From NCBI RefSeq assembly GCF_000146505.1, contig NC_017448.1, forward strand, positions 1,350,001-1,382,000: a stretch of DNA of 32,000 nt. Direction: 5' to 3'. Both the position numbers and the translations under genes were made by a program. Source of the stretch: Fibrobacter succinogenes subsp. succinogenes S85. GTDB lineage: Bacteria; Fibrobacterota; Fibrobacteria; Fibrobacterales; Fibrobacteraceae. The notes beneath the pieces were generated by a model, which was not told where the DNA came from, ran no database searches, and saw nothing but the letters and a program-made list of their open reading frames with translations. Positions 6,457 to 14,064 of the stretch are shown here, in pieces; positions within the stretch are counted from its first letter, which is position 1, and each line of letters opens with the position of its first letter.

Positions 6457-8488
6457 ACTTGTACATGTAAATCTTGCCGTTCGGGAACTTGAATTCCTTC
6501 ATACCGGCGATATTTACCTGACTTACAGACTTCACATCACCACCGTAGAAAATCGTGCTGCCATGGTATTCCGGCTTGAAAGCTGCATTTTCTGTACCGT
6601 AGTAATTATCACTCGTGAAGCTGACAGAAGCGCAATTCGGAGTGTCGGTCGAGTAGTCACCGAATGCAAGGAGCACGCCGCCCGTAATTTCAAAGCCTGT
6701 GTCCGTATCGATGAGACCGCCCGCCATATTGGAGGGGCATCCATTGCCACCGCCCTGTTGGCCGCCCATACCCGGGAAACCGCCACCCATGTTCCAGCCG
6801 CCCCCACCAGGGAAACCGCCGCCCATACCGCCATTTTCATAGCTTTGACCGGTAATTTCAAGAATCAACACACCACCTGTCATCTTTGCAGAACCATTGG
6901 CATCGAGCACGTCAATCATGTTGCCCTTTGATGCGATATAGTGGTGACCGCCGCTAATCACAGCATGACCGCTAGATTCACTGAACATGGAATATCCGCC
7001 CGAATTTTCCTTAGCGCCCCCGGCAGCGTTCCAGCCATCATTTGTTGCAAATGTCGCCGTAACACCACCCTCGGCATAGATTCTGTACGCTTCCATGCCT
7101 TCGTACGCTGTAGTAATATTTACCGTGGAACCGCTCAAGTGCAAGGCGGAGTCCGCATGGATACCATCGTCCTTCGTGGAAATGGTCACGTCACCCGCGT
7201 TCATGAAGACTTTGTATTTTGTATGCAGTGCATCGTCATCGGCAGTCACATTGATGTTACCACCGTTCACATAGATGAACTTTTCAGCCACCAAGCCCTT
7301 GCCTGTAGAAGTCACCTTAACCGTTGACAGTTCCGTAGAATCGCTCACCATGACATAATGAGCAGCCTGAATGCCATCATCACCCGCTTTAATGGTAATG
7401 TTGCCACCGCGAATATCGACAATGCCCTTGCCGTCGATAAAGGACTTGCACTTGCCATCGTTACCTTCTTCGCATTCGTCACTTTCAAGGGCGTCACCCT
7501 TCTTGGCCGTGAGATTCAGCATACCGCCAGAAATCTGGAGACTACCCTTGCCCTTGATGGCGTTTTCTTCCGCTTCCACGGTGATGTTGCCGTTCTTGAT
7601 TTTAAGATCGTTACTGCACTGGATGCCGTTTTTGAACTTGCCCTTGACGGTCAAAGTACCGGCACCCTTGATATTCAAATCGTCTCTCGAATAAATGGCT
7701 GCCTTTGCCGTATCCTGAGCACCATTGACCTTTACGAATAAGTGATTACCATTACCATCTTCAACCACGTTGGTCGTACCCTTGACCAAATGGAGAACCG
7801 TCTTGTCAGCATTTTTCACGAGAATCGGAGCGTTGGAGCTCTTGATAGTTGCATTGTGAAGATAGATGCCCGTGTTGCCTTCGTTTTCGGCACCCGGAGT
7901 ATTCACGACCACTTGGAAATCAGAAGATTCACCGGTGACGTAGTAAGCGCCCGGGCAAGTAATCATTGCGCTTTTGTCTGCAATTTCAACGCAACCATTG
8001 TTGTTTTCGACAGTAGCCGAAGTACCCGCAAGTTTCAGGAGAATCTGCGTACCATCCAAAGTCCTTGCGTCTTCGTTGTCATTCTCGTTATCGCCAGATT
8101 CCGAGCTGCCGGGAACAGCCTTGTTAGAACTCGACGACACAACAGGGACGGCATTGCTGGAGCTAGAGGCACCGACGTTCGGCACAACGCTAGAACTCGA
8201 AACGATATTGCCAGGCATAACACTTGAACTAGAAACAATATTACCAGGCGAAACAACGCTAGAACTTGAAATCCCGATAACTGGGGCTGTATTGCTAGAG
8301 CTCCAAATTTCAACATCAATATCTAAAGCGCCGGAACTAGATTCAATTCCAAAAGCATCAGTGCTAGAAGAGGTTCCTGCGGGAGCATACGCCCCGCCAT
8401 TAGGATTCATAATAGAACCGTCTTCACCACATGCCCAAAAGCTCAAAGCTGCAGATGCAGCAATCACAGGCAACTTTTTTAACATCAT
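6455..8488 (-). CDS. Cthe_2159-like (PF14262-like) beta-helix carbohydrate-binding protein, exported
   Basis: Signal MMLKKLPVIAASAALSFWAC, with GGAG 6 nt upstream of ATG 8488. Repeated beta-helix rungs with DDGIQA / DDALHT / DDGIHAD / AYEGMEA / NDGWNAAGG motifs recalled for this family. It also has a Ser-rich repeat block and a Gly/Met-rich block. Confidence 0.75.
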   Translation of the reverse strand: MMLKKLPVIAASAALSFWACGEDGSIMNPNGGAYAPAGTSSSTDAFGIESSSGALDIDVEIWSSSNTAPVIGISSSSVVSPGNIVSSSSVMPGNIVSSSSVVPNVGASSSSNAVPVVSSSSNKAVPGSSESGDNENDNEDARTLDGTQILLKLAGTSATVENNNGCVEIADKSAMITCPGAYYVTGESSDFQVVVNTPGAENEGNTGIYLHNATIKSSNAPILVKNADKTVLHLVKGTTNVVEDGNGNHLFVKVNGAQDTAKAAIYSRDDLNIKGAGTLTVKGKFKNGIQCSNDLKIKNGNITVEAEENAIKGKGSLQISGGMLNLTAKKGDALESDECEEGNDGKCKSFIDGKGIVDIRGGNITIKAGDDGIQAAHYVMVSDSTELSTVKVTSTGKGLVAEKFIYVNGGNINVTADDDALHTKYKVFMNAGDVTISTKDDGIHADSALHLSGSTVNITTAYEGMEAYRIYAEGGVTATFATNDGWNAAGGAKENSGGYSMFSESSGHAVISGGHHYIASKGNMIDVLDANGSAKMTGGVLILEITGQSYENGGMGGGFPGGGGWNMGGGFPGMGGQQGGGNGCPSNMAGGLIDTDTGFEITGGVLLAFGDYSTDTPNCASVSFTSDNYYGTENAAFKPEYHGSTIFYGGDVKSVSQVNIAGMKEFKFPNGKIYMYK
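8102..8272 (-). repeat. Ser-rich 11-12 aa tandem repeats (SSSSVVSPGNIV / SSSSVMPGNIV / SSSSVVPNVGA / SSSSNAVPVV / SSSSNKAVPG)
   Basis: Read from the translation of 6455-8488. The underlying ~36-nt DNA units are visibly similar around 8189-8270. Confidence 0.7.
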
Positions 8489-8668
8489 TGAACACTCCAT
8501 TTTTTCTTAATATAAATTCCATGCTCCAAAATGGACCATTCCGCCGCCCAATTTCCGTTGAAGTCAATACAACAGGGTTTAACGATTATGATAGCCGCGA
8601 CATTGACGGAATTAGCCAAATCCTATAGCCAGTTATTGGTTCTGCACAATTGCCGTCCCTTGTAAAAA

Positions 8669-8684
8669 TTTCTAAATTGCCTCG
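8669..8684 (+). promoter_or_regulatory. Promoter-like box TTTCTAAATTGCCTCG upstream of cysS
   Basis: Nearly identical to the 17-mer upstream of gpmI (17867-17883), differing by one T. It lies 49 nt before the RBS-supported ATG at 8733. Confidence 0.35.
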
Positions 8685-8732
8685 CGCATTAGCATGTTTG
8701 GCGCATGTTGCGCCGCATTAACCGGAGGCTTT

Positions 8733-10187
8733 ATGGCACTTCAATTCTACAACACCGCATCACGCAAGAAAGAACTGTTCACTCTTCCCGAAGGCGTTCC
8801 CGCCGTGCGTATGTACTGTTGTGGTCCGACGGTGTACCACTTTGCCCACATCGGCAACCTCCGCACTTACATTTTTGAAGATTTCCTCGTCCGCACGCTC
8901 AACTACTACGGCTACAAGGTCAATCACATCGTGAACATCACCGACGTGGGCCACCTCACAAGCGATGGCGACACCGGCGACGACAAAATGGAAAAGGGCG
9001 CAGCCCGCGAAGGCAAGTCCGTCTGGGACATCGCAAAGTTCTACACAGACGCATTCATGGCCGACTGGCACCGCCTCAACATCCAGGAACCGACTCGCTG
9101 GACGCGCGCCACGGACCACATCCAGGAACAGATTGACTTGGTGAAGACGCTCGAAGAAAAGGGCTTCACCTACCGCACCTCTGACGGCATCTACTTCGAC
9201 AGCCTCAAGTTCCCGCGCTACGCCGACTTTGCCCGCCTCGACGTAGAAAACCTCCGCAAGGGTAGCCGCATTGACATGGGCGAAAAGCACAACGCTACAG
9301 ACTTCGCACTCTGGAAGTTCAGCCCGACCGACAAGAAGCGCGCTATGGAATGGGACAGCCCGTGGGGCGTTGGTTTCCCGGGTTGGCACATCGAATGCTC
9401 CGCCATGGCCATGAAGTACAACGGCCCGACGCTCGACATCCACTGCGGTGGTACGGACCACATCCGCGTGCACCACACGAACGAAATTGCCCAGAGCGAA
9501 TGCGCCAACGGCGTTCAGTTCAGCCGTTTCTGGATGCATGGCGAATTCCTCCGCACCGCAAGCGAAGAAAAGCTTGAAGATGGCACGACCGAACAGAAGT
9601 TCGGCAAGATGAGCAAGTCCTCGGGCGAATTCTTGACCGTCACGCTCCTCATGGAACGCGGCTTCAACCCGCTCGACTACCGCTACTTTGCACTCGGCAG
9701 CCACTACCGCAACTACCTGAACTTCACTTGGGAAGCCCTCACCGGCGCCAAGGAAGCCTTCAAGAGCTTGCACAAGAAGACGGACCCGCTGATTGGCAAG
9801 GCAACCGCGATCACCAGCGAAGCTGCCAAGGCCTTCCAGCAGGAATTCAAGGACGCTATCGGTGACGACCTCAACATGCCGCGCGCACTCGGCATCATGA
9901 ACACGATGCTCAAGAGCGACATCGATGACGGCGAAAAGGCTGCACTCGTGGCTGACTTCGACAAGATCTTTGGTCTCAAGCTCGACCAGCCGCGCGAAGA
10001 ATACGTGAAGAAGGGCGCAAACGACAACATCGATACCGCTAAGATCGAAGCTTTGATCGCAGCCCGCAAGGAAGCTCGCGCCAACAAGAACTGGGCCGAA
10101 AGCGACCGCATCCGTGATGAACTTGCCGCGATGAACATCGTGATCAAGGACTCTAAGGAAGGCACGACCTGGAGCGTGAAGGAATAA
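8733..10187 (+). CDS. cysS: Cysteine--tRNA ligase
   Basis: Class I aaRS motifs HIGN (FAHIGNLRT) and KMSKS (GKMSKSSG), plus the CGG/HIEC Zn-site context. ATG 8733 is preceded by GGAGG (8724-8728), so it is preferred over the upstream ATG at 8694. Confidence 0.93.
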   Translation: MALQFYNTASRKKELFTLPEGVPAVRMYCCGPTVYHFAHIGNLRTYIFEDFLVRTLNYYGYKVNHIVNITDVGHLTSDGDTGDDKMEKGAAREGKSVWDIAKFYTDAFMADWHRLNIQEPTRWTRATDHIQEQIDLVKTLEEKGFTYRTSDGIYFDSLKFPRYADFARLDVENLRKGSRIDMGEKHNATDFALWKFSPTDKKRAMEWDSPWGVGFPGWHIECSAMAMKYNGPTLDIHCGGTDHIRVHHTNEIAQSECANGVQFSRFWMHGEFLRTASEEKLEDGTTEQKFGKMSKSSGEFLTVTLLMERGFNPLDYRYFALGSHYRNYLNFTWEALTGAKEAFKSLHKKTDPLIGKATAITSEAAKAFQQEFKDAIGDDLNMPRALGIMNTMLKSDIDDGEKAALVADFDKIFGLKLDQPREEYVKKGANDNIDTAKIEALIAARKEARANKNWAESDRIRDELAAMNIVIKDSKEGTTWSVKE

Positions 10188-11551
10188 GCCATTTTCCTCC
10201 TCGTTGTCATATACGTTGCATTTATTGGGCTAGGTCTCCCCGACACCATTCTTGGGGCGGCTTGGCCCTTAATGCATTTAGACCTCAAAACGCCGATTTC
10301 TGCGGCGGGTATTCTTTCGATTATCGCATCGCTCGGGACAATCGTCTCTAGCCTCTGCACACCAAAATTTCTCCGGGTTTTAGGCACTGGAAAGCTTGTC
10401 GCCTACAGCATTGCACTGACCGCAATTGCCTCTGTCGGTTACGGAAATGCGGATTCGTTCAACGTCCTTTGCCTTTGGGCGATCCCGATGGGCATTGGCG
10501 CAGGCGCCGTCGACGTGGCGATGAACAACTTTGCCGCCATTTATCTTGAATCCAAGCACACGAACTGGCTGCACGCAAGCTGGGGCATCGGAGCAACGCT
10601 TGGGCCATCGCTTCTTTCGTTCTCGATTATGATCGGCAGCGGTTGGCGTGGAGCATACGAATATGTCGCCGCAAGCCTCACCGCAATTTTCGTTTTAATT
10701 CTCATTTCACTCCCGCTGTGGAAAAAAACGGAAGCGCGTGGAGGACTCTCGGAAAACGTCACTATCCCGGCGAATTCCGAGAATGCGAAAGCCGCGAGCC
10801 CCGAGAATGCGCAAAAAATGTCGCGCCCTCCGACAACAACGCAAATAATGCGCCGCACATCAGCATTCGCGAGGCGCTCCGCGTTCCGGGAATGAAGCTT
10901 TCGTTCCTCACGTTCTTCTTTTATTCGGCACTCGAAATTTCAACCAGTCTTTGGTGCGGCACCTACCTCATCGCTTGCGGATTCAAGCCCGAAATCGGAG
11001 CGTTCATCGTTTCGCTCATGTTTGCATCCGTGATGGTTGGCCGCATCATCAGCGGATTTTTCGCAATTAAGTTCACCGACCACCGACTGATTTACGCGGG
11101 CATTTTCACCGTCGCCGCAGGCTGCCTTGTGCTTTCACTCCCGCTTCCGCTATGGATGCAGCCCGTTTGCATTTGCCTGCTCGGCCTCGGTTGCGCCCCT
11201 GTTTATCCATCACTAATTCACGCCACCCCTGCGCGTTTCGGCGAATCGCTCTCCAGCCAAGCCATCAGCATCCAGCTCGCCGGTTCCTACATCGGTTCAA
11301 TCTTGATGCCGCCCGCATTTGGTCTCGTTGCAGCTAAATTCACAGTCCATCTTTGGCCGATTTCACTCTCGATTTTTGTCGGATTGTTACTTTTATGCGT
11401 GTGTTTGCTGGACTACGTAACGCACAAAAAACTGAACAAGTCTTACGCCCGCGAACGCGTCATTGACATTCTCCACACGGTTTCGATGGAAACTCTCAAA
11501 CGGGAACGTCGCATACAACGTCATTTACGCAATCGCCAAAAGAAACGTTAG
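10188..11551 (+). pseudogene. MFS transporter, apparently disrupted (no start codon for TM1, -1 frameshift near 10813-10818)
   Basis: MFS-like sequence (AIFLLVVIYVAFIGLGLPDTILGAAWPLM...) begins immediately after the cysS TAA, in the same frame, with no ATG/GTG/TTG before 10272. The first half (10272-10895) and second half (10643-11551) are in different frames. Adding one A to the A6 run at 10813-10818 would join ...ENAQK to NVAPSDNNANNAPHISIREALRVPGMKLSF... Confidence 0.6.
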
Positions 11552-11560
11552 GGGTTTATT

Positions 11561-12217
11561 ATGGAAATAAAGCAATTTGTATTCAATCCGTTCGGAGTGA
11601 ACTGCTACATCCTGAGTAACAGCAAGGGTGAAGCCATTTTAATTGACCCAAGCGTGAGCAATACCCGCGAACAAGCGGCACTCACCGATTACATCAAAAG
11701 CGAAAATCTGAAAGTCGTACGCGTTTTAAACACGCATTTGCACTTGGATCACGTTCTCGGGAACGCATTTGCGGAACGCACTTTTGGCATCAAGGCCGAA
11801 GCACACAAAGACGACACATTCCTTCTCGATGCGCAAAAAGAACAGAGCCAAATGTTCGGGCTCCCATGCAACGATCTAGCTCCCGCGTTGGGCAATTATC
11901 TGAGCGATGGCGACATCGTCGAAATTGCAGAAATCCGTCTGCAAGTGATTCACGTTGCAGGGCATTCCCCGGGCGGTCTCGCCTTCTTCTGCGAGAATCC
12001 AGGCAAAGTGAACGGACAAGATAACGTTCCACCACTCCTTTTCCCGGGCGATATCATTTTCGCGGGAAGCCGCGGTCGCAGCGACCTCTACGGCGGTGAC
12101 GAATTCGCCCTCGTGAGCGGCATCAAGTCGAAGCTCCTTACGCTCCCGGCAGAAACCGTTGTATTCCCCGGCCACGGACCAAGCACAACCATTGGCAACG
12201 AGAAGATGTGGTATTAA
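11561..12217 (+). CDS. MBL-fold metallo-hydrolase (glyoxalase II-like)
   Basis: 218 aa with the HLHLDH metal-binding motif, then HVAGHSPGG and a distal GHG. Confidence 0.85.
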   Translation: MEIKQFVFNPFGVNCYILSNSKGEAILIDPSVSNTREQAALTDYIKSENLKVVRVLNTHLHLDHVLGNAFAERTFGIKAEAHKDDTFLLDAQKEQSQMFGLPCNDLAPALGNYLSDGDIVEIAEIRLQVIHVAGHSPGGLAFFCENPGKVNGQDNVPPLLFPGDIIFAGSRGRSDLYGGDEFALVSGIKSKLLTLPAETVVFPGHGPSTTIGNEKMWY

Positions 12218-12229
12218 TTTAAGCCAGAA

Positions 12230-12258
12230 GGAGATTCCCGATTAAATCGGGAATGACA
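12230..12258 (+). repeat. REP-like hairpin element, copy 3 (minimal)
   Basis: GGAGATTCCCGAT-taa-ATCGGGAATGACA. The stem is 9 bp and it lies 12 nt after the MBL hydrolase stop codon. Confidence 0.6.
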
Positions 12259-12270
12259 GTGAAGTAACAA

Positions 12271-13422
12271 ATGAACAACGGGCAAGCGAGAATCGGTTGG
12301 ATTGACGAATTCAAGGGATTCGTTCTTTTGCTCGTCTGCCTTTTTCACATTGAACAGAATTTCCCCAACGCGCACCTTGGAATGTGGCATTTAAGCGCAC
12401 TCCGCATGTCCGCATTTTTCTTTATTTCAGGATTTCTATTCAGTACAAAACGTTTCACAAATTTTAAGAGTTACTTTACCCATAAAACGCGAGTCCTGTT
12501 AGTTCCCTATCTTTATCTTTCATTCCTATTTTTAGCCATTGACCCAGTCATTTACAATTTCGCTTTGTTCCCGAAATCGCCCACGATTATGGTCGTGAAT
12601 ACCATTCCCGACATCAACAACACATGGCAATACATCTATTGGAACATCGCTAAAATTTTCATCGCCGGGAAATCTTCCGTGGGCGCAGGGCCACTGTGGT
12701 TTGTGTTTACTTTATATTCAGTCAGCTTGCTTTTTTACCTGCTTCACGAGATGTCTAAAAAGCAAGTCCACCCCAAACTGTTTTTCGCCGTTATGGCAAT
12801 AGAAGGGCTCCTTGGCGGTTGGCTTCTGAACGAGAATCACATTCACTTGCCGCTTGGCATTGAACGCGACCTTACCATTCTATTCTTCTTCGGATGCGGT
12901 TTTCTCTGCAAGGAACCCATCAAAAAAATCCACAACGCCATTTCTACAGGCACAATTCACACCTCGAGAAATACGGCCATCGTCGCCGCCATCGGAATCG
13001 TAAGCTTTATCGCATACGCTTTTTTGGAATCGCCGAGTCCGAATTTCAGCATCATGAACAATGACTTGGGCAAGAGCCTCCCCCAATTTGTCGCAAGTTC
13101 CATCACAGGCATTATCGGCCTCATCGCCACGTTCCTGCTCGCAAGCAAGATTCCAGACATTGCACCCATCCGCATTTTCAAGGGAATACTCCGCAACATT
13201 TCCCGCAATGCGCTCGTAATCCTCGCAGTCCACTGGTGGATTGTCCTGATTTTGAGACTCTTTTTCAGGCCGCAAATCAACCAACCCGGAATCGCCTACA
13301 CCGCAATCCCGATTGTCGCCCTCGGCACCATCGCTGCCATCCCGCTTTTCCGCTGCAAGCTCTACCGCCTACTCGGCAAAGAAAAAATCAGCGTTCGAGA
13401 AAGTTTAAACATTAGGGATTAA
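12271..13422 (+). CDS. Acyltransferase family 3 (membrane-bound O-acyltransferase-like) protein
   Basis: 383 aa, polytopic membrane protein. The N-terminus RIGWIDEFKGFVLLLVCLFHI fits the Acyl_transf_3 pattern (R..lD..KG......v..H). Confidence 0.8.
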   Translation: MNNGQARIGWIDEFKGFVLLLVCLFHIEQNFPNAHLGMWHLSALRMSAFFFISGFLFSTKRFTNFKSYFTHKTRVLLVPYLYLSFLFLAIDPVIYNFALFPKSPTIMVVNTIPDINNTWQYIYWNIAKIFIAGKSSVGAGPLWFVFTLYSVSLLFYLLHEMSKKQVHPKLFFAVMAIEGLLGGWLLNENHIHLPLGIERDLTILFFFGCGFLCKEPIKKIHNAISTGTIHTSRNTAIVAAIGIVSFIAYAFLESPSPNFSIMNNDLGKSLPQFVASSITGIIGLIATFLLASKIPDIAPIRIFKGILRNISRNALVILAVHWWIVLILRLFFRPQINQPGIAYTAIPIVALGTIAAIPLFRCKLYRLLGKEKISVRESLNIRD

Positions 13423-13451
13423 AAAACGCGCATCTCGGAAACGACTGCGCG
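13421..13451 (-). terminator. Intrinsic terminator for the minus-strand small gene
   Basis: CGCGCA (13427-13432) / TGCGCG (13446-13451) form a 6-bp stem. On the minus-strand RNA it is followed by U6 (A-run 13421-13426 on the plus strand). Confidence 0.5.
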
Positions 13452-13459
13452 ACAAGCAA

Positions 13460-13726
13460 TTACAAATAGCTCTTGAACTTCGGCGCAGGTGCTTCGGCGG
13501 GCTTTTTCTTGGGCACGTAAATTTTTACGGCATACACGTTAAAGTCCGTCTCGGCAACGATATCGCCTTCTTGCAAGTCTTCGTAAACATCGATTTCTAT
13601 TTCGACGCCATCGCGTGCGATGCAGCGGATGGAACGCGCCGTCAGTTCCTCGCGCAAAAGAGGAACGTCAACGACCTTCTTGTAAGTGCCGTGATGAGTC
13701 GTACCAAGAATTCGATTGCAAAGCAT
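13460..13726 (-). CDS. Hypothetical small protein (88 aa)
   Basis: Open frame with a plausible globular composition and a Lys/Pro/Ala-rich tail. It has a downstream terminator, no clear SD, and no family that I recognise. Confidence 0.4.
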   Translation of the reverse strand: MLCNRILGTTHHGTYKKVVDVPLLREELTARSIRCIARDGVEIEIDVYEDLQEGDIVAETDFNVYAVKIYVPKKKPAEAPAPKFKSYL

Positions 13727-13755
13727 AGAATGAAATGTAGAAAAATAGTATACGG

Positions 13756-14047
13756 CTATGAGGTCGTGCTTCGCACTTTGACGCTTTCAGCGTCCGCAGC
13801 TGCACTCGATCATAAAAATATGCAAGCATATTTTTGCGATGCTCGTTTTGCATGCTTTTTGAGGTCGCTTCGCTCTGGGCTATGGGCAAACATGTTCATT
13901 CCAAGATTTTTTCTTTTACTATCTTTTTGAAGAGCTCAAAGGCGCATCGCGCCGTCCCCACAACCTCAAAGCACCGAAGGTGCGACCTCATACCTCACCA
14001 CCTTTTTACTATCTTTCGTCTATCGTCTATAGCCCGCCAAAGCGGGC
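13756..14047. other. Hairpin- and repeat-rich non-coding region upstream of uvrB
   Basis: Perfect short hairpins at 13780-13794, 13814-13835, 13941-13953, 13971-13983 and 14032-14047. Direct repeat TTTTACTATCTTT at 13914-13926 and 14004-14016. TGAGGTCG motif at 13757-13766 and 13860-13868, with its inverted copy at 13982-13992. Confidence 0.5.
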
Positions 14048-14064
14048 GTTCTATCGTCTAAATC

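Noticed and set aside
6347-6931. 194-aa plus-strand ORF overlapping the 3' end of the Cthe_2159-like gene
   Set aside because: It is antisense to a well-supported minus-strand gene, it starts inside the bidirectional terminator region, and its composition is implausible.
8760-9773. 337-aa minus-strand ORF
   Set aside because: It is an antisense shadow of cysS, which has HIGH and KMSKS motifs. It has no start context or recognisable motifs.
13571-14061. Track ORFs (119, 73 and 75 aa) in the spacer upstream of uvrB
   Set aside because: They run through the dense hairpin and repeat DNA, overlap each other, lack an RBS, and have odd composition. I treat the region as non-coding.
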